Below are positions 1 to 13,297 of a DNA stretch of 64,000 nt, in pieces. The stretch is from contig OX597815.1 of assembly GCA_951406725.2 (NCBI GenBank), positions 9,300,001 through 9,364,000 on the forward strand. Reading direction: 5' to 3'. Origin of the DNA: Octopus vulgaris. Lineage: Eukaryota. Under the pieces are notes generated by a model. That model was not told the origin of the DNA and did not search any database. It was given only the letters and a program-made list of their open reading frames with translations. A program made the translations under genes and the position numbers. Positions within the stretch are counted from its first letter, which is position 1; each line of letters begins with the position of its first letter.

Positions 1-26
1 TAATATAATAGGCTTTTATTCATCTA

Positions 27-422
27 CTAGCAGTATCGCCCGGCGTTGCTCGGGTTTGTAAGGGAAATAACTATATAAGCATTTTTAGAGAGTTATAGCC
101 AAAAGATAGCAAAAAAATGCATTAAAAGTGGAAAAAAAATTATAAATTTTTTTAAAAATCGTTGACTCATCGTAGACATCTTTAGAAAATTACTTCCCTT
201 ATATAATAGCGAAAAAAATGCATTAAAATGGAAAAAAATGATGGTAAATTTTTTTTTAATTCGTAGACTCATCGTAGACGTGCGCTAATACCCAGAAGGG
301 CTCGATATGAATCACGACTATAAGATACCCGGTTTTGGTTAAACTGCACCGCAAAATGTGAGAGTAGTTAGGAATCTAAATCGTAGGAGACAGACACACA
401 ACTTGACTTTTATATATAAAGA
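27..422 (-). mobile_element. Non-autonomous Helitron, family H1
   Basis: On the - strand it starts 5'-TC, ends CTAG-3', has a subterminal hairpin CCCG-AGCAACGC-CGGG, sits between A and T, and has no TSD. About 11 copies occur in the window. Confidence 0.85.
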
Positions 423-524
423 TATCTGAATCTGTTCTCCTAAAATGACGTGGAATTCAAGAGAGGATTTATCAAAACAATTTATCACAATTTGCGACTT
501 TGGCCGGCCCTACGCTACAACAGT

Positions 525-525
<1 letters not shown>

Positions 526-610
<85 letters not shown>
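526..610. repeat. (CA)n microsatellite
   Basis: Pure AC dinucleotide run. Confidence 0.98.
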
Positions 611-613
<3 letters not shown>

Positions 614-782
614 TACACAAAATTATTCGATATTTTGACTGCCGATATTTTGTCGTGTCAGCATTCTGTCTCGTTGATAGACAAAGGCTTTGAGATCAGA
701 TAGCTAGCTACATTAATTCAATTAACTCATGACTCATTGTTGAAATATCTTTACCTCTTACATGTTTACATTACGCTTGTAG

Positions 783-928
783 GCGAGCTGGGCAAAGCAA
801 TCTAAATTTGGTGGCATTTTCCTCTGGGCCATCGCTCTAGATGACTTCCGTGGTACTTGTCCTGGCAGTGAACCCTTTATTTTAATGAAGACAATTATTA
901 GTGCACTCGAAGATAAACCTCAAATAAC
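783..928 (+). CDS. GH18 chitinase exon encoding the C-terminal end of the catalytic TIM barrel
   Basis: Acceptor ttgtag| and donor |gtaagt. Translates as ASWAKQSKFGGIFLWAIALDDFRGTCPGSEPFILMKTIISALEDKPQI(T), matching the GH18 motif W.K...GG...W.[ID]DLDDF.G.C. Phase 0 in, phase 2 out. Upstream exons lie outside the window. Confidence 0.92.
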
Positions 929-1309
929 GTAAGTATCAAAGTAAGAGTCATTAACTGTATCGAAATTTTATTGTTTATTTACATTTTCTAACATGTTTTT
1001 GTGTATTAGCTTCTCATTGGCACATGACCACGGAGATTATATCTGACCATTGGCTTCATAGTTGACCATTGACCTGTGGATTAATATTTGGTCATTGGCT
1101 TTATAGTTGACCACTGACCGTATAGTTAATCATCGGTTTTATACTTGACCATCAGCTATGTGATACGGTAAACCTCAGATAACGAGTGGTGCTCTGCAAC
1201 AGTAAAAAATTATCTACAGAAGCGTATTGACTCTGAGTGGCATGTAACTGTACTTACTATGTGTAGCATGTTCTCATTACGCATGATACGTGTGTGGTGT
1301 AATTATATG

Positions 1310-1541
1310 AAGGCGGCGAGCTGGCAGAAACGTTAGCACGCCGGGCGAAATGCGTAGCTGTATTCCGTCTGTCGTTACGTTCCGAGTTCAAATTCCGCCG
1401 AGGTCGACTTTGCCTTTCATCCTTTCGGGGTCGATATATTAAGTACCAGTTATGCACTGGGGTCGATGTAATCGACTTAATCCGTTTGTCTGTCCTTGTT
1501 TGCCCCCTCTATGTTTAGCCCCTTGTGGGTAGTAAAGAAAT
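1310..1541 (+). mobile_element. tRNA-derived SINE, family S2
   Basis: Head AAGGCGGCGAGCTGGCAGAA...GAGTTCAAATTCC (A/B-box-like) and core GCCTTTCATCCTTTCGGGGTCGATAAATTAAGTACC. About 10 copies in the window. Confidence 0.85.
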
Positions 1542-1623
1542 ATATATGGATCGCATTTATTTATTGTTTAAATATTAACCCACCTTCCTCAGTTGTTCAC
1601 CTCCTGTTACAGACTTCATTTCT

Positions 1624-2032
1624 TATTTCTTTATTGCCCACAAGGGGCTAAACACAGAGGGGACAAACAAGGACAGACAAAGAGATTAAGTCAATTACAT
1701 CGACCCCAGTGCGTAAATGATACTTAATTTATCGACCCCGAAAGGATGAAAAGCAAAGTCGACCTCGGCGGAATTTGAACTCAGAACGGGGTAGACGAAA
1801 TACCTATTTCTTTATTACCCACAAGGGGCTAAACACAGAGGGGACAAACAAGGACAGACAAACGGATTAAGTCAATTACATAGACCCCTGTGTGTAACTG
1901 ATACTTAATTTATCGACCCCGAAAGGATGAAAAGCAAAGTCGACCTCGGCGGAATTTGAACTCAGAACGTGGTAGACGAAATACCGCTTAGCATTTCGCC
2001 TGGCGCGCTAACGTTTCTGCCAGCTCGCCGCC
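1624..2032 (-). mobile_element. SINE S2 with tandemly duplicated 3' body
   Basis: Two ~180-bp body copies follow one head. TSD-like gttacagact on both sides. Confidence 0.85.
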
Positions 2033-2435
2033 AGTTACAGACTACATTCCTGTCAGGCCAATTGACCTACACTATAAAGTTTTACCCACTCCTTACTAAA
2101 CTTAATTGTTAACCAGGTCCCTCTACTATATCCTTTCTCTTCTTACTTCCCTACATGTTTGCGTGTGTTACTGCCTATCGTTTTATCCATATAAGCACTT
2201 TTTGTATTTTCTCCTACTTTACGTTAAATACTCAGATCGTTAGATACTCAGATCGTAAAAGTACTCGAAATGCCATCGAGCATCTCGTCCGGCGTGCTTA
2301 AGGATTCCGCCAGCTCGCTGCGTTAATAATCAAAGTTGATATCTACTTTACGTTAGATACATCCTTTCGTTATCAACAGACTTCGCCCTTCCCCTATCAC
2401 CCATAATTTTTCTCTTTAATTGCACTCCCAGCAAT

Positions 2436-2697
2436 TAAAATCACTTTATTATTTCGCCATTAAAATCACTTTATTATTTCGCCATTAAAATCCCTTTATT
2501 ATTTCGCCATTAAAATCCCTTTATTATTTCGCCATTAAAATCCCGTTATTATTTCGCCATTAAAATCCCTTTATTATTTCGCCATTAAAATCCCTTTATT
2601 ATTTCGCCATTAAAATCACTTTATTATTTCGCCATTAAAATCCCTTTATTATTTCGCAATTAAAATCACTTTATTATTTCGCCATTAAAATCACTTT
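2436..2697. repeat. 25-bp minisatellite (TAAAATC[C/A]CTTTATTATTTCGCCAT), about 10 copies
   Basis: Visible 25-bp period. Confidence 0.95.
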
Positions 2698-3370
2698 ACC
2701 TAACACACAGCTCATGCCACCTCTCATTGGTCTGTCCCGCCGTCTCTTTGCTTCCCACATCACTGCATCATTATATCCCATTCTTCATTCATCATTTTGC
2801 AGCTGAGACAACAAATAATTCTATATTATCTCTCAGACGAAGGGCAAGTGCTTGAAATATCAAGTGCTTTCAATTTTCACGGCAAATCAACCCACTAAAC
2901 GTTTCTACAAGTTATTCACGCTGAACTCCAAAAGCATTAAAAAAATGTTCAATATAACTTCTTTACAGAAATTTGTCATGTTTTATGTCATATTTTGTTT
3001 CATAAAATAGCATATATAACAATCATATATGAACAGGGATTCGCTCGGTCGCCTCTTTGATCGAGCATGTAGTACATCAGCGGGTTGGAAAGTGGTTTAG
3101 ATTGTCGCTTATCTCTGTCATACCATATTTGAGGTTCTCTCTCAAATTTTCTAGGAAGAATTTGGGATCGAAATTTATCTGTTCAGTTTATTTGAGTCTG
3201 GAAAATATAGTGAATAATGAGTAATTTCTCTGTGGAACGAAAGTCGACGGACTTTCATAACTTCTTAAATATATGTACTTTATCCATTTGAAGGTCTGAG
3301 TGTGTGTGTCTGTGTCTGTGTGCGGACGAGTGTATATAAGTAATACCTGTTTACCTCGAAGTTTCGCCTT

Positions 3371-3716
3371 TAAAATCCCTTTATTATTTCGCCATTAAAA
3401 TCCCTTTATTATTTCGCCAATAAAATCCCTTTATTATTTCGCCATTAAAATCCTTTTATTATTTCGCCATTAAAATCCCTTTATTATTTCGCCATTAAAA
3501 TCCCTTTATTATTTCGCCATTAAAACCACTTTATTATTTCGCCATTAAAATCCCTTTATTATTTCGCCATTAAAATCACTTTATTATTTCGCCATTAAAA
3601 TCACTTTATTATTTCGGCATTAAAATCACTTTATTATTTCGCCATTAAAATCACTTTATTATTTCGCCATTAAAATCACTCTATTATTTTGCCATTAAAA
3701 TCACTCTATTATTCCG
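3371..3716. repeat. Second array of the same 25-bp minisatellite, about 14 copies
   Basis: Same unit as 2436-2697. Confidence 0.95.
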
Positions 3717-3911
3717 ACCATGTGACCAGTTTTTTAAGTCCTTGATTCTGTGCCTGTTTTGTACACTAACTGCACAGACTTATAAACAACTACGAAGCAC
3801 CCAGGCATGAATCAACTGTTTCCCCTTTCAGGAATACCTAACTTTAGTCCTTCAGCATTGATTTTCCATATACTGACAGTGTAAATTTCTTATCTGCTTC
3901 TTTATGCAAGA

Positions 3912-4317
3912 CTAGCAGTATCGCCCGGCGTTGCTCGGGTTTGTAAGGGAAATAACTATATAAGCATTTTTAGAGAGTTATAGCCAAAAAATAGCAAAAA
4001 ATGCATTAAAAATGGAAAAAAATTGATGGTAAATTTTTTTAAAAATCGTTGACTCATCGTAGACATTTTTAGAGAGTTACTTCCTTTATTTAATAGCGAA
4101 AAAAATGCATTAAAATGGAAAAAAATGATAGTAAATTTTTTTTTAAATCGTAGACTCATCGTAGACGCGCGCTAATACCCAGAAGGGCTCGATATGAATC
4201 ACGACTATAAGATACCCGGTTTTGGTTAAACTGCACCACAAAATGTGGGAGTAGTTAGGAATCTAAATCGTAGGAGACAGACTCTCACACACACAACTTC
4301 AGTTTTATATATAAAGA
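3912..4317 (-). mobile_element. Helitron H1
   Basis: TC and CTAG termini. Abuts the next copy head-to-tail. Confidence 0.85.
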
Positions 4318-4834
4318 CTAGCAGTATCGCCCGGCGTTGCTCGGGTTTGTAAGGGAAATAACTATATAAGCATTTTTAGAGAGTTACTTCCCTTATAGAT
4401 GCCAATTCGGGCTTTCTTAGCCATTTCTGTTTTGGTGTCTTCAAGTCATGAAGTCGTCGTTCTAAAAGAACGCTGGTCTCCTTGACAACGCTTTACGACG
4501 TTGATTTCCTTACACTCCCTTCCCCACAGCTTCACGAGGGAGGGAAGAAGGGGGAGAAGCAAACAGGTGCAGGTGTGACCATGGACGCCAACACCGCCGC
4601 CATCGACACACGAAAAATTATGCATTAAAATGGAATAAAAATTGATGGTAAATTTTTTTTAAAATCGTAGACTCATCGTAGACACGCGCTAATACCCAGA
4701 AGGGCTCGATATGAATCACGACTGTAAGATACCCGGTTTTGGTTAAACTGCACCGCAAAATGTGGGAGTAGTTAGGAATCTAAATCGGAGGAGACAGACT
4801 CTCACACACACAACTTCAGTTTTATATATAAAGA
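4318..4834 (-). mobile_element. Helitron H1 variant with a different internal segment
   Basis: Same termini. Its internal segment recurs at 14150-14370 and 15040-15240. Confidence 0.85.
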
Positions 4835-4878
4835 TATGCATAATGTGTATTTAACTCTGCTTCTTTGTTCCACCATAG

Positions 4879-5042
4879 AAGTTCTACGACCGAAACGCCT
4901 AGCGTGACGCCGACAACTACAACACAGGCAACAACAACACAGGCAACAACCACACAGGCAACAACCACACAGGCAACAACCACACAGGCAACAACAACAC
5001 AGGCAACAACAACACAGGCAACAACAACACAGGCAACAACTG
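4879..5042 (+). CDS. Chitinase Ser/Thr-rich mucin-like linker exon (8x TTTQA)
   Basis: Acceptor ttctttgttccaccatag| and donor G|gtagga. Phase 2 in matches exon 783-928 (AC+A=Thr). Reads SSTTETPSVTPT(TTTQA)8TT. Phase 1 out. Confidence 0.88.
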
Positions 5043-5099
5043 GTAGGAAAAATTTTCATCGATCTGTGTATCTGTTTGACTGTATGTCTGCCTGCTTGC

Positions 5100-5449
<350 letters not shown>

Positions 5450-5795
5450 TATGCGACAGAAGATGTATTAGATTAAAGTAAACTACCTGTGTATCGCACT
5501 TAATTCAGACATCACGAAAAACAAAATGAATTCGTTCGAAGGCCACTGCTGCTGGACTATTTTCGTCTGCTACTGATATATTCCTGCTAGTAAACACTGT
5601 ATGTCCTTTAGAGACGTCATCTCCGGAAAATGGCTAAATAATTTTGCTTTCCGTAATGTATTTACATTTTAGATACATGGATGGCTATTATAACCTAATA
5701 TTGTTTCTGCTGCACATAACGGATTTTTATTCGGCCGACCTGCTAATTGCAACATCAGAAATTTTCCAGTCACTGGTTGCCTATATTGGTGAATA

Positions 5796-6180
5796 GGAGG
5801 CGCAATGGCCCAGTGGTTAGGGCAGCGGACTCGCGGTCGTAGGATCGCGGTTTCGATTCCCAGACCGGGCGTTGTGAGTGTTTATTGAGCGAAAACACCT
5901 AAAGCTCCACGAGGCTCCGGCAGGGGATGGTGGTGATCCCTGCTGTACTCTTTCACCACAACTTTCTCTCACTCTTACTTCCTGTTTCTGTTGTACCTGT
6001 ATTTCAAAGGGCCGGCGGCCTTGTCACTCTCTGTGTCACGCTGAATATCCCCGAGAACTACGTTAAGGGTACACGTGTCTGCGGAGTGCTCAGCCACTTA
6101 CACGTTAATTTCACGAGCAGGCTGTTCCGTTGATTCGGATCAACCGGAACCCTCGTCGTCGTAACCGACGGAGTGCTTCC
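5796..6180 (+). mobile_element. tRNA-derived SINE, family S1
   Basis: A box TGGCCCAGTGG and B box GGTTTCGATTCC. TSD-like atatt[g/a]gtgaat. About 9 copies in the window. Confidence 0.88.
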
Positions 6181-6376
6181 ATATTAGTGAATTCAGTCTT
6201 AGCATGCAATTGCCAGGGAACACATGCTACTGACAAAGCCTAAAGAGTCATAAACTGCTGGGCCTCCGCCTAAATCTGGAATAGTAGCTATTATTAATTG
6301 GGTGGCGGATTGAGGAAAAGGTACCGCGTCAGAAAATAATGTATCGTAATGTCTATTTCCGTTCTTTATATTCTGA

Positions 6377-6978
6377 CTAGCAGTATCGCCCGGCGTTGCT
6401 CGGGTTTGTAAGGGAAATAACTATATAAGCATTTTTAGAGAGTTATAGCCAAAAAATAGCAAAAAATTGCATTAAAAATGGAAAAAAAATTATGGTAAAT
6501 TTTTTTTTAAATCGTTGACTCATCGTAGACATTTTTAGAGCGTTACTTCCCTTATATAATAGCGAAAAAATGCATTAAAATGGAAAGAAAATGATGGTAA
6601 ATCTTTTTAAAAATCGTTGACTCATCGTAGACATTTTTAGAGAGTTACTTCCCTTATATAATAGCGAAAAAATGCATTAAAATGGAAAGAAAATGATGGT
6701 GAATTTTTTTTTAAATCTTTGACTCATCGTAGACATTTTTAGAGAGTTACTTCCCTTATATAATAGCGAAAAAAATGCATTAAAATGGAAAAAAAAATGA
6801 TGGTAAATTTTTTAAAAAATCGTAGACTCATTGTAGACGCGCGCTAATACCCAGAAGGGCTCGATATGAATCACGACTATAAGATACCCTCGGTTTTGGT
6901 TAAACTGCACCGCAAAATGTGGGAGTAGTTAGGAATCTAAATCGTAGGAGACAGACACACAACCTTACTTTTTAAAGA
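6377..6978 (-). mobile_element. Helitron H1 with an internal ~110-bp unit in three tandem copies
   Basis: CTAG end and hairpin. Repeated internal block gactcatcgtagacatttttagag... Confidence 0.85.
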
Positions 6979-7008
6979 TTTCAAATCAAACCGGCGTTAA
7001 CTATACCA

Positions 7009-7417
7009 ATTTCTTTACTACCCACAAGGGACTAAACAGAGAGGGGACAAACAAGGACAGACAAACGGATTAAGTCTATTATATCGACCCCAGTGCGTAA
7101 CTGGTACTTAATTTATCAACCCCGAAAGGATGGAAAGCAAAGTCGACCTCAGCGGAATTTGAACTCAGAACGTAACGGCAGACGAAAAACCTATTTCTTT
7201 ATTACCCACAAGGGGCTAAACACAGAGGGGACAAACAAGGACAGACAAACAGATTAAGTCGATTATATCTACCCCAGTGCGTAACTGGTACTATTTAATC
7301 GACCCCGAAAGGATGAAAAGCAAAGTCGACCTCCGTGGAATTTGAACTCAGAACGTAACGGCAGACGAAATACGGCTACGCATTTCGTCCGCGTGTTAAC
7401 GTTTCTGGTAGCTCGCC
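7009..7417 (-). mobile_element. SINE S2 with duplicated body
   Basis: TSD cgttaactatacca on both sides. Confidence 0.85.
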
Positions 7418-7534
7418 GACGTTAACTATACCATTCATCCTTTCAGTAAACTAAAGTATAGGTCAAATACTGGATCAATATATCGATCTTTCTCTGCTCC
7501 AATAAAATTTCTGGCTTTCTTCTTTTGTAAGAAG

Positions 7535-7757
<223 letters not shown>

Positions 7758-7957
7758 TAAGTGAAACAGCAGTGCATGCCATCAAGGTGACACTGGGGTA
7801 CAATATACGAAGCCCAGTATACCCATCATGACTACTCATCTGATAAGGGTACACCAGGTTCATGCATCACAACCATATGTGCGCGACATGGTGATCTCAT
7901 ATCAAGATAAACAGCACATGACCTTGCAGGTGGCGCCCAATTAGAATTTTCTTCTGG
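7758..7957. repeat. Partial copy of unclassified interspersed repeat R5
   Basis: Near-identical to 8611-8810. Confidence 0.75.
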
Positions 7958-7958
7958 T

Positions 7959-8560
7959 TTATGTCGAACAGCTACTGTCGCGTATAGGACGGATCCGGCT
8001 ATCAGCTGAATCCGTAGTGAAAATTGCCCCGCTGACCTCCTTTAACCGGGAGGGCAAGGCAATTTTCCTTTGTCTAGTGGCTGTAGCGAAAGAGGTGGTA
8101 TGGCGGACCCGTTTGAAAGGGCTAAAGTCAGACATTTTCCTCTTTGGTCAAGGCCTCATCAAGTTTTTCAAGTTCCACTTGAGAAGGAAGATGAAAGTAG
8201 AGAGGAAGTGCTGTCTCGTAGCAAATCTATTGAAAGGTGGGTGAATGTCGGGAAACTGGCCAGTATGAACAAACCAATGCTGAGATTACACCTGTAAAAA
8301 AAACTTAATATAAAAGGAGAAGGGGCTCTATACTCCCTTTTGACCAGGCTCCCGTGGCTTTTATGGGGTTTTCTACGAGTAGCTTTTCGAAGCGCCTTCC
8401 CCTATTGCGAGTTCTTTGTGATTGTTACATTTTTCGCTGTTTTCTAATGTTTACACGGACCTTTCTTTTTCGCAAAGCCCTTACTATCTTTCGTCTAGTG
8501 TTTGTCCTTACATGGTTTTTGATTTATGTTAGCCCTTGTGGCCAATAAACCAGAATTATT
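7959..8560 (+). mobile_element. 3' fragment of an L1/Tx1-like LINE ORF2 with 3' UTR
   Basis: LVAVAKEVVWRTRLKG...FFKFHLRRKMKVER..., then frameshifted ERWV. Followed by AATAAA and an (ATT)n tail. Confidence 0.6.
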
Positions 8561-8574
8561 ATTATTATTATTAC

Positions 8575-9279
<705 letters not shown>

Positions 9280-9311
9280 TATTATTATTATTATTGTTGT
9301 TGTTGTTGTTG

Positions 9312-9366
<55 letters not shown>

Positions 9367-9397
9367 CATTATTAACTTTATACCTTGACTCTTCCAG

Positions 9398-9435
9398 ATT
9401 CAACTCCTGAACGCGTTCCACCCGCAAATCAGTAG
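9398..9435 (+). CDS. Probable terminal chitinase exon ((D)STPERVPPANQ*) overlapping an out-of-frame CBM14 remnant that runs to 9475
   Basis: Acceptor ccttgactcttccag|. The phase 1 reading stops at 9433-9435. The alternative frame gives AFHPQISSCDSPLNVPGCSC*, the typical CBM14 end (F.P....CD.P.NV..C). AATAAA at 9563 and 9603. Confidence 0.7.
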
Positions 9436-9734
9436 CTGTGACTCCCCTCTCAACGTTCCTGGATGTTCATGTTGATGACGGCCTTGATGTTAATGAGTAA
9501 TGGCGATTATGAACACCATAATGATGAGGATGTTGATAAATAGCGGTGATGGTGAAGATTATAATAAAATGTATTTAACCGCTGGAAATTGTTTTGAAAC
9601 TTAATAAAAACGCATAGATAATTTATTTTGTTAAATTATATCTAATTTTATGCACTCCCTATATTTTTCTCTTGTATCGTACTACATACGCTATATATTT
9701 GTACAATGATACATTTAGGAGCTCTTTTATTAAT

Positions 9735-9808
<74 letters not shown>

Positions 9809-9809
9809 C

Positions 9810-9985
9810 GGGAAGCTTTATGAAAATAAACAAAAGACGAAGGCAGGTGGAATATAAACAAACAATTGTATTAGTATGGCGCTCAGGAATATAAATAAAA
9901 CAAGTCTTTTACGTTTCGAGCCTACGCTCTCCAACAGAAAGATACACAGAAAAGAAACACAGAAAGAAACAAGGAGAGAAAAAAA
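9810..9985 (-). mobile_element. Penelope-like terminal repeat family P1 with a degenerate hammerhead-like motif
   Basis: - strand ctgttggAGAGCgtagGCTCGAAACGTA. Homologous to 30067, 31087, 38412 and 17105. Confidence 0.55.
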
Positions 9986-10199
9986 AAAAATATATATATA
10001 TATCTAATATAGGATAAAATTTTCGAGAAAATTTAATCAAAGGCCAGCATATTAAAAAAATACCTTTAAAGATTAAATTTATAAACAACTTATAAACAAG
10101 GGCAAAAAAAAAAAAGGATTTAATGCCAAATATGCCGAAATAGACTTAATCGTCAATAACCATATAATTTATCACTATAAGCACGCGTCTCGTATTTAT

Positions 10200-10430
10200 T
10201 TCTGCGATAAGCAGCGATGAGCGTCAACGGGCGGCAGCCGCAGTATCCAACAGTCGATGGCTCGAACGTTGCTCTTCACTTTGTGTTGATCGTGAACGTG
10301 TTGTCGTTGCAGCGGTCCGCTTGCGGCGGGGAGGACGCTGCCCTTGCGTTTCAGAAGCTCGCGTTAATCTCTTACGCTTAGCTTGGGAAGTCGCTCGACT
10401 TATGTCAGACCTTTTTCGACCTGGCATGAT
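10200..10430 (-). pseudogene. Fragment resembling the N-terminus of a Helitron Rep/helicase ORF (STPR-like E..EQR..RL repeats)
   Basis: MPGRKRSDISRATSQAKRKRLTRASETQGQR...SEEQRSSHRL. Confidence 0.45.
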
Positions 10431-10837
10431 CTAGAAAGTTGTTTAATTTCGTAAAAAAATAGCAGTTGATGGGAGCAAAGCGAAGATTCACAAAAAAAGA
10501 AAAAAAAAAGTGATTCAACACCGAGCAGCTAAAGGTAAAGTATAGAGATTAAGGAGGATTAAAGCAAAGTAGATACAAATATCAAAACAGACAACAGCTA
10601 ATACAATGAGTCGTGCAAAAGTAAGGACAGCTATATGGCAAGAGGGCGTAGTAGTTGTGGTAACTGGCAAAAAACCTAACTAAAGGGGAAGCTCTAAACA
10701 GGATGTCTGTGGGGGAGATTTTTGATAAATTTTATAGGGAGAACGGAGTAACTTAAAGAGACACGAAGGTTATATGGAGGACGTGGGTAGCAATAACGAA
10801 AAACAACAGAAACGAATACAAACAGCAAGTGGTGGAT

Positions 10838-11220
10838 GGAAGCACTCCATCGGTTACGACGATGAGGGTTCCGGTTGATCCGAATCAACGGAACAGCCTG
10901 CTCGTGAAATTAACGTGTAAGTGGCTGAGCACTCCACAGACACATGTACTCTTAACGTAGTTCTCGGGGATATTCAGTGTGACACAGAGAGTGACAAGGC
11001 CGGCCCCTTGAAATACAGGTACAGCAGAAAGAGGAAGTAAGAGTGAGAGAAAGTTGTGGTGAAAGAGTACAGCAGGGATCACCACCATCCCCTGCCGGAG
11101 CCTCGTGGAGCTTTTAGGTGTTTTCGCTCAATAAACACTCACAACGCCCGGTCTGGGAATCGAAACCGCGATCCTATGACCGCGAGTCCGCTGCCCTAAC
11201 CACTGGGCCATTGCGCCTCC
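10838..11220 (-). mobile_element. SINE S1
   Basis: Full-length reverse copy. Confidence 0.88.
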
Positions 11221-11597
11221 ACGAGTGGTAACAAGTGGTACAACGTCACTAAAGCCAGGTGAAACTGGGTAACGGTAATGATAAGCAAAGGTTCAACAGT
11301 CGAATAATCTGTTGTACACAAAAAGCAAACCGAAACGTAAGAAAGGGAGCACCGAGGTAGAACGCAACACGGATGTCCGAAGCGTAAGTGAAGCATTCGT
11401 ACGAAAACGTTGAAGTAATGGGACCGTGGGACCGTGAGTCAAAAGAGAATGTGCTATTGACTAAATACCAACCAATAAGAGGAGCAAAACTGTTCAAGTG
11501 AACGTGAAACAGGTGAGTCATGCGGTGGGAGTGGGGTGGTGGGTTGTAGGTAATTGTGGGAACAATTGGTGAGCAGTGTGGTAATCTGGGATAATCT

Positions 11598-12046
11598 GTT
11601 TCTTTACTGCCCACAAGGGGCTAAACATAGAGGGGACAAACAAGGACAGACAACCGGATTAAGTCGGTTATATCGACCCCAGTGCGTAATTGGTACTTAA
11701 TTTATCGACCCCGAAAGGATGAAAGGCAAAGTCGACCTCGGAGGAATTTGAACTCAGAACGTAATGGCAGACGAAATACCGCTAAGCATTTCGCCCGGCG
11801 TGCTAACGGTCCTCATTTCTTTATTGCCCACAAGGGGCTAAACATAGAGGGGACAAACAAGGACAGACAAAGGAATTAAGTCAATTGCATCGACCCCAGT
11901 GCTTAACTGGTACTTAATTTATCGACCTCGAAAGGATGAAAGGCAAGGTCGACCTCGGCGGAATTTGAACTCAGAACGTAACGGCAGACGAAATACCGCT
12001 AAGCATTTCGCCCGGCGTGCTAACGTATCTGCCAGCTCGCCGCCTT
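11598..12046 (-). mobile_element. SINE S2, tandem dimer
   Basis: Two bodies in tandem. Confidence 0.85.
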
Positions 12047-12253
12047 AGGTGAGGTAATCTGTGATAATCACTGACAGGGAGTACGCGCTGGTGCAAAATG
12101 GCACCTAATACGTAAACGCCGACAGTGACAATATTTTTTTTTTTTATGTGGGAAGAGGGGGTCAGTGTCGATTGTAAAGTGCAGGAGGGAGAAATTATGT
12201 GATTTGTAATGACTGAAACAAGTAAAAGAGAAAAGAGTAAAGAGAGAATATAT

Positions 12254-12440
12254 TCCCCACCCCCAGGACGGGATGTCGGTCCGTCGCAGGATTCCTCATT
12301 TTTGTCAGCTGAATGGAACGGAGCAACGTAAAATAAAGTGTTTTGCTCAAGAACGCAACACGTCGCCCGGTCCAGGAATCGAAATTACAATCTTACGATC
12401 ACGAGTCCAACACCTTAACCATTAAGCCACGCGTCTCCAT
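12254..12440 (-). mobile_element. tRNA-derived SINE, family S4
   Basis: Homologous to 27470-27720 and 34685-34932 (tcttgagcaaaacacttcattt core). Confidence 0.75.
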
Positions 12441-12640
12441 TGTGAGGAATGATAAGTCAATCAGAAACTGGTGGGATTGAGTAGAAATCCCTGGCTGTAA
12501 GAACCGTTTTACGGACTTCTACTGAGAAAATATAAGGCGGAAAAGGAGGGTATCGTAAAAGCAGCAACATTAACCGTAACACGCTCATCACAGATGAAAT
12601 CATAGAAACACTCAGCAGTGGTTATTGATGAAATTGTAAG

Positions 12641-12684
<44 letters not shown>

Positions 12685-13297
12685 ACCCAGACATGTGCAC
12701 AAACAAAAAGGAACGCTGTGTAAATAACGGACAGAGTCAAGACTATTGTAAAGGTTGCAAGACGCAACGAAAATTTTAGCAAAATAAAAATAAGACATAA
12801 GTGGAAATTTTACCGGTGTGTGTGTGTCTTAAATTATAAGGCACAAAAAGAAAATGACCCTCCCCAGACACAACGGTGTAAAAATACTGAAATCATTAAA
12901 ACATCAGACACCCGCATAGAGACATATGGAGTTGTTCCCCTTGCATCAGAAGCTACCTAAGTTGCCATCTTGATATTTTCTAAAACACAAACCACGTTGT
13001 GGCCTGTTGCGATACACTCCGTGACTACGGCGGGTGATAGATCACTCAGTTGATCTTAAGTCCGAAAAACAAGAGAGCACACTGAATTTTTTTTTTCTTT
13101 GAGCAGTAATATTTAAAATAGTAGTAGACTAGGTCGGTCAGAAATTTACATTGATTTCACGTCCGTTGTTGTTGTTATCAACACAGGCAACTCAATAAAC
13201 CTGCTGGCTGGAGGCACATAACCTCTTTACCAGTGTAGGTAAGAATACTGTCTTGGTCAGCATGGTTGTGAAAAAAAAACCCAAAACAAAAACAAAA

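Noticed and set aside
5680-5790. Possible missing 5' half of CBM14 (…RPANC…)
   Set aside because: It requires several frameshifts and the Cys spacing does not fit.
5796-5872. tRNA gene
   Set aside because: It is the tRNA-like head of a multi-copy SINE with no proper cloverleaf or terminator.
5878-6133. Recurring ORFs MVVIPAVLFHHNF..., MRNWYLIYRPRK... and MTTDAGVFTSP...
   Set aside because: They are chance frames within SINE families S1-S3.
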